A stretch of 32,000 bases of DNA from Breznakia blatticola (lineage in GTDB: Bacteria; Bacillota_I; Bacilli_A; Erysipelotrichales; Erysipelotrichaceae). The position numbers were made by a program, and so were the translations under genes. The notes beneath the pieces were generated by a model. The model worked only from the letters and a program-made list of their open reading frames with translations, had not been told where the DNA came from and did not search any database. Within the stretch, counting starts at the first letter, position 1; every line of letters starts with the position of its first letter. The DNA is taken from assembly GCF_004365815.1 (NCBI RefSeq), contig NZ_SODD01000024.1:2185-34184 (forward strand), given 5' to 3'. Positions 8,727 through 16,960 of the stretch are shown here, piece by piece.

Positions 8727-9575
8727 TTAAGCAGCCATGATGCCGAAGTATGCCATTACAATTCCAAATACAACAGTTAATAAGATAAGTTTTACTGGTC
8801 CTACTTTTTTACCTAGTGCCCAGTAATATGTCCATGTGACCCCTAGACCAACAAGTCCAGGCATGATTCCATCTAAAATTTCTTGTAAGGTTTGTGCAGT
8901 TTCTCCACTTCCAATTTTCAAAGATACTTCTGCCCAGAACATATCACAAGTCATCGAACCAATAACCATGATTCCAAGAATACCTGCAGCATGCATAAGT
9001 TTATCCATAGTACCGTTTGCTTGTGCTTTTTGTAGGTATGTAAATCCTAAGTCATATCCTAAATGTGCACCAAATACACGAACTAAGAATGCAGGAATGT
9101 TATAAATTAAGAAATATAGAATTGGTCCAAGAATATTTCCTTGTTGTGCTAATGAAAGTCCAACTCCAAGAGCAATAACACGAATACATCCTAAGAAAAT
9201 AGAATCTCCAATTCCTGAAAGTGGTCCCATTAGTGCAGCTTTAACTCCACTAATTGCGCTACCATCGATCAAGCCTTTATTACGTTCTTCTTCCATTGAT
9301 AATACAATCCCACCAACAAATGGTGCGAGTTGAGGCGTAATGTTGAAGAATTCCATGTGACGTGTTAATGCTTCTGCATATCCCTCAGGATTGTCTTTGT
9401 AAATTTTCTTTAGTTGTTTATCAATCATCAATAAGAATGCCATGTGCATTTGACGTGGATAGTTCCAAGAGTACTCCATTCCAAGTGCTCCAGTGTTGAA
9501 ACACATTCTTGTCAGTTCTTTTTTTGTGATTAATGGTTGGTTTTCCACTGTATTTTGATTAGAAGTCGTCATCAT
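8727..9575 (-). CDS. PTS mannose-family IID component
   Basis: Motifs HMEFFNITPQ, GPLSGIGDSIF and a hydrophobic C-terminus. The likely start is ATGATG at 9575/9572, with GGAGGA 5 nt upstream. The track start at 9626 would overlap IIC by 68 nt. Confidence 0.85.
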   Translation of the reverse strand: MMTTSNQNTVENQPLITKKELTRMCFNTGALGMEYSWNYPRQMHMAFLLMIDKQLKKIYKDNPEGYAEALTRHMEFFNITPQLAPFVGGIVLSMEEERNKGLIDGSAISGVKAALMGPLSGIGDSIFLGCIRVIALGVGLSLAQQGNILGPILYFLIYNIPAFLVRVFGAHLGYDLGFTYLQKAQANGTMDKLMHAAGILGIMVIGSMTCDMFWAEVSLKIGSGETAQTLQEILDGIMPGLVGLGVTWTYYWALGKKVGPVKLILLTVVFGIVMAYFGIMAA

Positions 9576-10341
9576 CCATGTCCTCCTCTTGTACGCCATC
9601 TGCTGTGGCAAATTTCTTACTGCCATCTAAGAAGCCAAATTTTTCAATTACGATAATCACACCAATAATTGCTACTCCAAGTACTGGCATTCCTAAAAAT
9701 GCGGTTAATGTATATCCTAAGAAATAGAATGGTACAAGTTTTTTATTCAAGATCATACGCATTAACATCGCAAATCCTAATGTTGGTAACATACCAGCAG
9801 CAATTGCCATACCATTGATTGCAACTTCAGGAATTGAACCAATAACTGCTTGTACAGCATCTACTCCAAAATAGAATGATAAAGAAACAAGTAAGAATTT
9901 TTCAATGACTCCAAAAGCACCCATTAACCAGTGAACTTTTGTAATTTTTTTCGAATCACCTTTGGTCGCAGCATCATCTGCTATTTTTAGAAATGCAGGT
10001 GTTAAAGCTGCAATAAAGTTACTAATTGATAAAGCAATTAATGCAATTGGCATTGCAAGAGTGATTGCTGTTTCTACTCCTGCTCCAGTTGTAATTGCAA
10101 ATGCAGTACCTAAGATTCCACCAACGACTACATCTGGTGGTATGTAAGCACCAACGGAAATTGCACCCATAAAGATTAATTCAAGACTCGCTCCTACAGT
10201 GATACCCATTTCGAAGTCCCCTAAAATTAATCCTACAATTGGACCAGTCGTAATTGGTCTAAATGTATATAATGTCCCAAATTGGTAATCCAGCACTCCC
10301 CATACAGCAACTAGACCCAATAAAATTGATTCTAATAACAT
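9559..10341 (-). CDS. PTS mannose-family IIC component
   Basis: 260 aa, polytopic membrane protein with IIC-Man-like sequence (GPIVGLILGD, GASLELIFMG). Acidic tail EEDMDDDDF. GGAGGG RBS. Confidence 0.85.
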   Translation of the reverse strand: MLLESILLGLVAVWGVLDYQFGTLYTFRPITTGPIVGLILGDFEMGITVGASLELIFMGAISVGAYIPPDVVVGGILGTAFAITTGAGVETAITLAMPIALIALSISNFIAALTPAFLKIADDAATKGDSKKITKVHWLMGAFGVIEKFLLVSLSFYFGVDAVQAVIGSIPEVAINGMAIAAGMLPTLGFAMLMRMILNKKLVPFYFLGYTLTAFLGMPVLGVAIIGVIIVIEKFGFLDGSKKFATADGVQEEDMDDDDF

Positions 10342-10362
10342 TGTCTTCCCTCCTGTCTATAG

Positions 10363-10833
10363 TTATAGTACGTTTTTGACAAGTATTTTTTTATCATCGA
10401 CTAATGGACGGATTTCGACTTCCAATCCTTTATCGATAAATGATCGTAATATTTCTTCTTCTTTAGGTGTTACAAAGATTTGTTTACTTAACGCTCTTGT
10501 ATCACCCTCTTCTTTTGTGTTTCCTAGATTGATACTTTGAATAGATGGACATCCATTGACCAATTCTTGCGCTTCCGCAATGCTTTGCACAACAATAATT
10601 AATTTATATTTATCTGTTACTCCACTATTGATTGCCTCAATAGAATTTTTCATATCCTTAATTACCAATTTACAACCTGAAGGTTTTCCAAGTTTTAAAG
10701 TGGTTTTCCATACATCGTCATTAATCACAGAGTCACTAGCAACCAAAATACAGTCGGCTCCTACTCCATTTGTCCAAGAAAATGCTACTTGTCCATGTAA
10801 TAATCTGTGATCTACCCTTACTAGTTTAATCAT
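10363..10833 (-). CDS. PTS mannose-family IIB component
   Basis: MIKLVRVDHRLLHGQV motif. AAGGAGG RBS. Confidence 0.9.
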   Translation of the reverse strand: MIKLVRVDHRLLHGQVAFSWTNGVGADCILVASDSVINDDVWKTTLKLGKPSGCKLVIKDMKNSIEAINSGVTDKYKLIIVVQSIAEAQELVNGCPSIQSINLGNTKEEGDTRALSKQIFVTPKEEEILRSFIDKGLEVEIRPLVDDKKILVKNVL

Positions 10834-10847
10834 TATATTTTCCTCCT

Positions 10848-11261
10848 TTAAAACTCGTCATCGTCATTCACATCTTCAAATAATTTGTTGCAAAACTTTG
10901 GTGCAGTATCTACACTGCTTGTAATTTGATCAAGTGTTGTTGCGATATCTACACTTGGATCTGCTAGAAATATTTGCATTAATAATGGTAAATTCATACC
11001 GGTTACTAAGTAGTAGTTTTCTTTTCCTACATACTTCATAAATTCATTATTTACACTTCCACCAAACACATCGGTTAGTGCAATAATTTCTGCATCATCA
11101 GCAATGCTATCAAAAGCATCCTTTACCTGTTTTTCAATGTTTGTGTCTTCTACATATCCATTAATAATGGTTACGTTTTCTTGCTCACCAATTATGATTT
11201 TGATACTCTCATAAATTCCTTTGGCAAATGTTCCATGTGATGCTATTATGTAATGTCTCAT
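10848..11261 (-). CDS. PTS mannose-family IIA component
   Basis: MRHYIIASHGTFAKG and TDVFGGSVNNE motifs. Acidic tail EDVNDDDEF. AAGGAG RBS. Confidence 0.85.
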   Translation of the reverse strand: MRHYIIASHGTFAKGIYESIKIIIGEQENVTIINGYVEDTNIEKQVKDAFDSIADDAEIIALTDVFGGSVNNEFMKYVGKENYYLVTGMNLPLLMQIFLADPSVDIATTLDQITSSVDTAPKFCNKLFEDVNDDDEF

Positions 11262-11265
11262 GTTC

Positions 11266-12090
11266 TTACTCCTTACTACATACTTGATATTGATTCATTG
11301 TTTTTTGATCTGCTTCAAATGGCTTTTCAAAGTAGATATTGTTTACACTTTCTAATGAAAGTAACCCCTCATATCCATATTTTTGTAGGATTTCTAAATC
11401 CGCTTTCATATCCCTTGTTCCATCTGACCATGCTAAGTGACCAACTGGTTTTCCATCAACGAAGTGCACATGTGCAATTTTCTTACCAAATGCTTTGAAA
11501 TAATCATCTAGCGTTTCATTTGCACCTGCCATCGCTCCAAAATCGATACAAACATATAAATTGTCATGATCGACTGCTTGTAAATAGGATTGTAAAGATG
11601 AAATGGAATTCACAAGTCTTGATTCATCTTTTTGCAATGCTTCAATAGCTAAACGAATGTGTTTACTTTCTGCGTAGGCTACTAGTTTTTTCATCATTTG
11701 CACACTTCGCTTAAACGCTTCATTTACATCTTCATCAAGAAATGCCCAACCACTAGTCACAAGAACTAACTTGGCATCAATTTGACTTGCTACATCAATT
11801 GCATGTTTGAAATAGGCTTCCACTCGCTTGATAGCTTGTGAATCTTTGGCTGCCATATTATTTGGTTTTGGATTGGTTTGTTCTGGACAAATCACTTCGA
11901 TTTTCACTCCGTATGCTTTCTCCAACTTTTTGAGTTTATTTACATCCTCATATCCTTGATAATCCATAAAATAATGATGGGGTCCTGTCCATATTTCTGC
12001 TTTTTTAAATCCTATAGATGAAACCTTTTCAAAGAAGGTCTCCAGTTGATAGAATCGATAATGTCCATTCATTGCACACAATTCATTCAT
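11266..12090 (-). CDS. sugar-phosphate isomerase/epimerase (xylose-isomerase-like TIM barrel)
   Basis: 274 aa. Motifs GFKKAEIWTGPHH, RLAIEAL and HVHFVDG fit the AP-endonuclease-2/xylose-isomerase-like fold. AAGGAG RBS. Confidence 0.7.
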   Translation of the reverse strand: MNELCAMNGHYRFYQLETFFEKVSSIGFKKAEIWTGPHHYFMDYQGYEDVNKLKKLEKAYGVKIEVICPEQTNPKPNNMAAKDSQAIKRVEAYFKHAIDVASQIDAKLVLVTSGWAFLDEDVNEAFKRSVQMMKKLVAYAESKHIRLAIEALQKDESRLVNSISSLQSYLQAVDHDNLYVCIDFGAMAGANETLDDYFKAFGKKIAHVHFVDGKPVGHLAWSDGTRDMKADLEILQKYGYEGLLSLESVNNIYFEKPFEADQKTMNQYQVCSKE

Positions 12091-12136
12091 TTGCTTTACT
12101 CCTTTTTACATAAGACTTGCAATCAGTTGATATGCT

Positions 12137-12757
12137 TCAAACAAATTTTCTACAAGATAATCTGCTTTTTTGCTGGTCGATGTGATAGCGATGGTCTTTT
12201 ATCGCTATCACTTTCATACCAGCTTGCTTTGCAGCTTCAATTCCATCCTTAGAATCTTCAATCACGATTGCATGATCTGCACTTACACCAAGTGTGTTCA
12301 ATGTATAGACGTAGATTTCAGGATTCGGCTTCGACTTAGTAAACATGCGTCCACTAACGATGGAATCAAAGTATGTTTCAATACCGTTTTCTTTACAAAC
12401 ATGTTCGATGATATCTGGATCATTCGAACTTGCAACGGAGAGTTTTACATTTTGTTTTTTTAATTCCTTCAATAAGAATTTTAGGTAAGGTTGTAAGAAA
12501 TCAGTAACATCGAAAGGCTCTCCTTGATAGGTTTGCCGATAATACGCATCCATTTCCAGTGCATTTTTATCTAAATGCAACCATGAAGCAAGATAGTTCC
12601 ATGTCACTTCATGACTCGTACCGATAATTTTTCTAAGTTCTTGCATAGGTACTTGTACTCCATGTTGTTGTGCAAAGCAATAAAACTCATATAAATTAAA
12701 GGGTTCTGAATCAATAATGACACCATCCATGTCGAAGATTACTGCTTCTATATTCAT
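12137..12757 (-). CDS. HAD-superfamily hydrolase (beta-phosphoglucomutase/sugar-phosphatase subfamily IA)
   Basis: HAD motif I, VIFDMDGVIIDSEP; motif II, SVASSN; motifs III/IV, KSKPNPEIY ... VIEDSKDGIEAAKQAGM. The ATG lies 1 nt after the upstream stop. Confidence 0.85.
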   Translation of the reverse strand: MNIEAVIFDMDGVIIDSEPFNLYEFYCFAQQHGVQVPMQELRKIIGTSHEVTWNYLASWLHLDKNALEMDAYYRQTYQGEPFDVTDFLQPYLKFLLKELKKQNVKLSVASSNDPDIIEHVCKENGIETYFDSIVSGRMFTKSKPNPEIYVYTLNTLGVSADHAIVIEDSKDGIEAAKQAGMKVIAIKDHRYHIDQQKSRLSCRKFV

Positions 12758-12758
12758 C

Positions 12759-13790
12759 TTAGTATTCGAATTGACGGTAGTAACGTCTGTAGTTCAAGTT
12801 ATGTTTTGTGTATGTTTCATAGTGAGCTGCTAAACGTTCTGTTAAGACTGATGTTGCAATCATAGGTGAAACAATCACTCTAAATTCATCATCAATTCCA
12901 TCAAGTGCATATTCTTGTGTATCAAATACAACAAGTTTGTTTGTAAAACGTTGACAGAATCTTTCTACACGAGTGTCTAGTTGACGACATTCATCTTCAC
13001 CTTTTACTAAGAATACTGGAACTCCTGGTTCTACTAATTCAAGTGTACCATGGAAGAATTCAGGAGATGTAACAGATTTTGTACGTACCCATTGCATTTC
13101 TTCTAAGATACACATTGAGAATAAGTATGTTTCACCCCAAGTTGCTCCTGAACCTACCCAAATATTGTATGGTTCGTTGTAGTATTTCTTAGCGATTTCT
13201 TCAGCTTTAGGGTCGAATTGTTCGCGAATTGCAACTAGGTTTTTGAAGATTCCTTTCATTTGATCAGCAAATAATTCGTATTTTGGGAAGTATCCCATTT
13301 TATTTAAAATACGCAATGCTAATAAGTCAAATAACAAGTAACTGTATTCACACATACCTGTTGTTACATCTGCTTGGATAATTTTTGTAGAAACTTTTCC
13401 TAATGGACTTTCATGTTTCGTGAATGAAACCACTTCGATTCCTTCTGCTTTAATCCAAGTTGCTGCTTCAACGATTTCTTTTGTATCCCCTGAAGCACTT
13501 GCTGTAATAACAACAGAATCTTTCGTAAGTTTCTTTGGACGTAATACATTAATTTCAGCTGCTTCAACTAAATACACATCTAAATCTGAATATTTATCCA
13601 TGAAGTATTTCACTGGAGCAAACTCAGCATACGTACCACCAATTCCTAGAAAGAAGATATTTTTGAATCCTTTTTCAACGATCTCATCTGCAACTTTTTC
13701 AACTGCACCACGTTGTGCATAAATTGCATCACCTTCTTTAAGATATTTATCTACATCAAATTTTGCTAATGTTACTTTTTCTTTTTCCAT
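12759..13790 (-). CDS. SIS-domain protein, fructosamine-6-phosphate deglycase (FrlB)-like
   Basis: FFLGIGGTYAEF and ITASASGDTKE SIS motifs; C-terminal ...RRYYRQFEY. The track start is TTG at 13808. ATG 13790 (MEKEKV) has GAGGAGG 5 nt upstream. Confidence 0.8.
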   Translation of the reverse strand: MEKEKVTLAKFDVDKYLKEGDAIYAQRGAVEKVADEIVEKGFKNIFFLGIGGTYAEFAPVKYFMDKYSDLDVYLVEAAEINVLRPKKLTKDSVVITASASGDTKEIVEAATWIKAEGIEVVSFTKHESPLGKVSTKIIQADVTTGMCEYSYLLFDLLALRILNKMGYFPKYELFADQMKGIFKNLVAIREQFDPKAEEIAKKYYNEPYNIWVGSGATWGETYLFSMCILEEMQWVRTKSVTSPEFFHGTLELVEPGVPVFLVKGEDECRQLDTRVERFCQRFTNKLVVFDTQEYALDGIDDEFRVIVSPMIATSVLTERLAAHYETYTKHNLNYRRYYRQFEY

Positions 13791-13858
13791 TTTGTCCTCC
13801 TCAATCAATCAATAATGAAACATAAAGCGTATCTTATCAGAAACCTCTGGGCCCTCTT

Positions 13859-13928
13859 GTGGTTTCTTTGCTAATCCACTTTACATTTTCAATATACCAG
13901 TACATATTTACTTTTGCAAGCGCTTTCT
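13859..13928 (-). promoter_or_regulatory. promoter, conserved operator module and cre-like site for the SIS-HAD-isomerase-PTS-DeoC operon
   Basis: Minus strand: TTGCAA (13919-13914), 17-nt spacer, TATATT (13896-13891) with a TGg extension. ACTGGTATAT (13901-13892) and the palindrome-like GTGGATTAGCAAAGAAACCAC (13879-13859) match the module at 15100-15142. The plus-strand ttgcaagcgctttct (13914-13928) fits the CcpA cre pattern WTGNAANCGNWNNCW and overlaps the -35. Confidence 0.6.
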
Positions 13929-13944
13929 TTAGATTTTTGTTCAC

Positions 13945-13985
13945 ACAAAGAAAAAAGGAAATCCAAAAATATAAGATTTCCTTTT
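13945..13985 (-). terminator. rho-independent terminator of the monocistronic SIS gene
   Basis: Stem aaaaggaaatc (13953-13963) / gatttcctttt (13975-13985) with an 11-nt loop. On the minus strand it is followed by ttttttctt. It lies 34 nt after the stop at 14019. Confidence 0.7.
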
Positions 13986-14018
13986 ATTTATCGTATGTTT
14001 TACAATTTTAGTTTTTTT

Positions 14019-15083
14019 CTATTTTGTCTTACTTTTTACCACTTTATTAAAGTCTTTCATCAAAATATGGTCTTCCCACTGGTTTTTCTCGGTTGTAATC
14101 TGGTATGCCAAAACCTGAAAAAGAACTACGTGGATAAGCGGTGATAATGTTGGTAGTACATCAAGGTCATAATGATAGATAGTATCTCCCTCTATACCTC
14201 TTGATATTAAATAGCTATGATCTGTAATACAAGTAGTTGCATGCCAAATATCTTGTACTCGTTTTGAACTTGCATCATGATTATCAATACAGATTACAGT
14301 ATATGATGGATCTAATTGTAAATTAGGTCCATGAATATACTCCTCTATTTCATAGGCAAAAGCTGGTATCTTAACTGTTTCACTAATTTTTAAAGCACCT
14401 TCACAAGCAGCACCTATGTTCGGACCAACTGCACAAATAAAGAGCTTTGACATGGATAATAACGCTTTTTGATGACTTCTATAAAAATCGACAGCTTGTG
14501 TAATCAGTTGAGGATATGCATCATAAATACATGATAATTGTGCATGAAAACCATCTACATCTTTTGCACTAATATACTCTAGTTGATATGACGTATGTAT
14601 AGCAAATATGCATAAATACAAAGCAAGTGTACTTACTCCCTTAGTAACATACCCTACGCTTTCTTTACCTACGCCATAGTCAATTACGACATCAGCTGAT
14701 GCAACATCACTATGTATATTGCCAGTTAGGACAATTGCTTTACGATTTAACTTTTGGATTTTCTCTATTGCATCAATGGTATTGGTGCTTGATCCACTTT
14801 GACTAATAGCAAATACAAATGTTTTATCATCCACATATTTCGTATAGTGTGTAAATGTATATGGACTAATCACTTCTACATCACAGTATAACGTATCTTG
14901 CATAAAGTATTTTGCGCAAAGTGCAGCATTGGCACTTGACCCACTAGCAACAATCAGTATCTTTTCATACTCCCATTCTAGAAAACATTCCATTAGTGGC
15001 TGTATAAGTATTTTTGCTTGCTGTAAATTTGTTTTACATACTGCTTCTGTCTCGATTATATAATCCATCATTGTCTCTTTCAT
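14019..15083 (-). CDS. SIS-domain sugar isomerase/deglycase (AgaS/GlmS-isomerase-like, two SIS modules)
   Basis: LIVASGSSANA and AISQSGSSTNT motifs. The likely start is ATG 15083 (MKETMMDY), with AAAGGGGA upstream. The track start at 15173 would run through the promoter region. Confidence 0.85.
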   Translation of the reverse strand: MKETMMDYIIETEAVCKTNLQQAKILIQPLMECFLEWEYEKILIVASGSSANAALCAKYFMQDTLYCDVEVISPYTFTHYTKYVDDKTFVFAISQSGSSTNTIDAIEKIQKLNRKAIVLTGNIHSDVASADVVIDYGVGKESVGYVTKGVSTLALYLCIFAIHTSYQLEYISAKDVDGFHAQLSCIYDAYPQLITQAVDFYRSHQKALLSMSKLFICAVGPNIGAACEGALKISETVKIPAFAYEIEEYIHGPNLQLDPSYTVICIDNHDASSKRVQDIWHATTCITDHSYLISRGIEGDTIYHYDLDVLPTLSPLIHVVLFQVLAYQITTEKNQWEDHILMKDFNKVVKSKTK

Positions 15084-15099
15084 TGTACAATCCCCTTTC

Positions 15100-15158
15100 G
15101 TGGTTTTTATGGTAATCCACTTTGATTTATTTATATACCAGTGATATTTCAATGTCAA
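15100..15158 (-). promoter_or_regulatory. promoter plus conserved operator module for the SIS gene 14019..15083
   Basis: Minus strand: TTGACA (15158-15153), then TATATA/TATAAA (15137-15130). ACTGGTATAT (15142-15133) and GTGGATTACCATAAAAACCAC (15120-15100) have the same spacing as at 13859-13901. Confidence 0.6.
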
Positions 15159-15183
15159 TAGTTGAAAAAACATTAGATTTCAC

Positions 15184-15211
15184 TTGCACATTAGAAAACT
15201 ATTGGTATAAT
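15184..15211 (+). promoter_or_regulatory. sigma-A promoter for the esterase gene
   Basis: TTGCAC (15184-15189), 16-nt spacer, TATAAT (15206-15211) with an upstream TG (extended -10). It sits about 120 nt before the ATG at 15335. Confidence 0.6.
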
Positions 15212-15334
15212 CAAAATTGAAAGTGGTTGTTTATACAATACACTTCATAGGAGCGTTCCTGATAAACATCGATAAACCATATTACTTTTAAGGGGAATAA
15301 GTAATACATTTCAATGTGAAAGGAATGAAGAGAA

Positions 15335-16660
15335 ATGAAGAAATTATTACTCATTACAAGCTTACTATTCGCAAGCTTTTTCATGCACGCGCAAAACGAT
15401 ACACTTTATGCAAATACAACTACTGTCAGTTTTGATGTTGTAGGTAACGTATTCGATTACGGTGCACAAATCAATCAAGTGAAAATTCACTATGATGTGC
15501 CAGTTCAAACAGATGCAATCACAAACGATACATATCAAGTAACTACAGATTACGCACTTGAAGGTGTTGAAGTTGAAAACGGTGAAAGAATCATCGAACA
15601 AATCGAATTTGAAAATGAAAACAAGACAGTTATCTTACACCTATCTTATGGTGTAGACGTTGGTCTTGCCTATGTATTGTATTGGGATGATGATGCATTT
15701 TTAAATCATCCATTAACGGTTCAATATCAACTAACATCAAAAGCAATTCCATTAGCAGATGGAAGTGAACTACAACCGACTTACAATCAAGGTAACGTTA
15801 GTTTTGGCTCAGTTGATGCTTTTACTAGTGGTGAAAGTAGTAGTGGTATCCACTATCGTGATTATAAGCCTAAAGATGACGGCAACAAGCATCCACTAAT
15901 TATCTGGTTCCATGGCGCTGGTGAAGGTGGAGAAAACAACATTACACAAATATTAGGTAATAAAGGTGCATCTGCATTCGTTAGCGATGAAGCACAAACT
16001 GTATTTGATGTCCCATATGTTCTTGCACCTCAAAGTTCGACCTTTTGGATGCCGGAATTAACCTTATGGGATGAATTAACTCTAACTGGTGAAGATCAAA
16101 CCGAAGCAGTTGTCGACATGATAAAAGAATACATCGAACAAAACCCTAACATCGATACAGACCGTGTGTATATCGGTGGAGGCTCAATGGGAGGTTACCA
16201 AGTATGGAAAACGCTATTTGCTGCTCCAGAATTGTTTGCAGCTGCTTTCCCTATTTGCCAAGCCTATGAAGTGCCGCAGGATAAACTAGAAACCGTTAAA
16301 GACATCCCTATTTGGATGGCTCACACAAAAACGGATGATACCATTCCAGTAAGTTATTCTCAAGACGCATATACGAACGCGAAAGCTCTTGGTCTAAATA
16401 TTACATACACGGAATTTGAGAGTGTTGAAGTTGACGGAGTTGAACTTGAAACACATGCAGCATGGGTATATCTACTAAACAACAATGCAACTAACAAAGA
16501 AGGTGAACAATTCTTTGACTGGCTTGCAGCACAAAAGAAAGTTGATGCAATTATCGAAGATGATTCTTCAAACAGCGACACTCTATTTGTCAGTGCAATT
16601 GTTGGTGTAACTGTAGTAGCACTAGCATTTAGTTACTTACGTTCAAAGAAGCAAAATTAA
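15335..16660 (+). CDS. secreted, C-terminally membrane-anchored alpha/beta-hydrolase (esterase/depolymerase-like)
   Basis: N-terminal signal peptide MKKLLLITSLLFASFFMHAQ. HPLIIWFHGAGEGG (oxyanion-region HG motif), GGGSMGG (GxSxG nucleophile elbow), and C-terminal hydrophobic helix LFVSAIVGVTVVALAFSYL followed by RSKKQN. Confidence 0.75.
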   Translation: MKKLLLITSLLFASFFMHAQNDTLYANTTTVSFDVVGNVFDYGAQINQVKIHYDVPVQTDAITNDTYQVTTDYALEGVEVENGERIIEQIEFENENKTVILHLSYGVDVGLAYVLYWDDDAFLNHPLTVQYQLTSKAIPLADGSELQPTYNQGNVSFGSVDAFTSGESSSGIHYRDYKPKDDGNKHPLIIWFHGAGEGGENNITQILGNKGASAFVSDEAQTVFDVPYVLAPQSSTFWMPELTLWDELTLTGEDQTEAVVDMIKEYIEQNPNIDTDRVYIGGGSMGGYQVWKTLFAAPELFAAAFPICQAYEVPQDKLETVKDIPIWMAHTKTDDTIPVSYSQDAYTNAKALGLNITYTEFESVEVDGVELETHAAWVYLLNNNATNKEGEQFFDWLAAQKKVDAIIEDDSSNSDTLFVSAIVGVTVVALAFSYLRSKKQN

Positions 16661-16663
16661 TGT

Positions 16664-16700
16664 AAAATGACAGCTGTTCCATTTCAGCTGTCATTTTATG
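16664..16700 (+). terminator. rho-independent terminator of the esterase gene
   Basis: Perfect 13-bp stem aaaatgacagctg (16664-16676) / cagctgtcatttt (16685-16697) with an 8-nt loop. It starts 4 nt after the stop codon. Confidence 0.8.
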
Positions 16701-16960
16701 ATAGTTTGTGTAAAGTTTTATATTCTCATAAAACCATACATATTTAGTTTGTCTCACTTTTCTTCTTAGCTATATTGTTTCTTTAATAAACAAATAATCG
16801 TAAATCATGATGTTATGTATAGTTATGAAACCCACACTTTGAGTTTTTTATAAAATAATAATACCTGTTACTTGTAAAACTTTATTATTCTATTTTTCGT
16901 CTTTTCTACATTTCTTTAAGGTTGTTAAATTCTATAAAACTATATCCTAAGCAAATTCAT

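Noticed and set aside
13914-14144. Plus-strand ORF of 76 aa in the SIS/SIS intergenic region.
   Set aside because: It starts at a non-ATG codon inside the cre/-35 element, runs through the terminator hairpin and overlaps the 3' end of the SIS gene. It is better explained by regulatory DNA.
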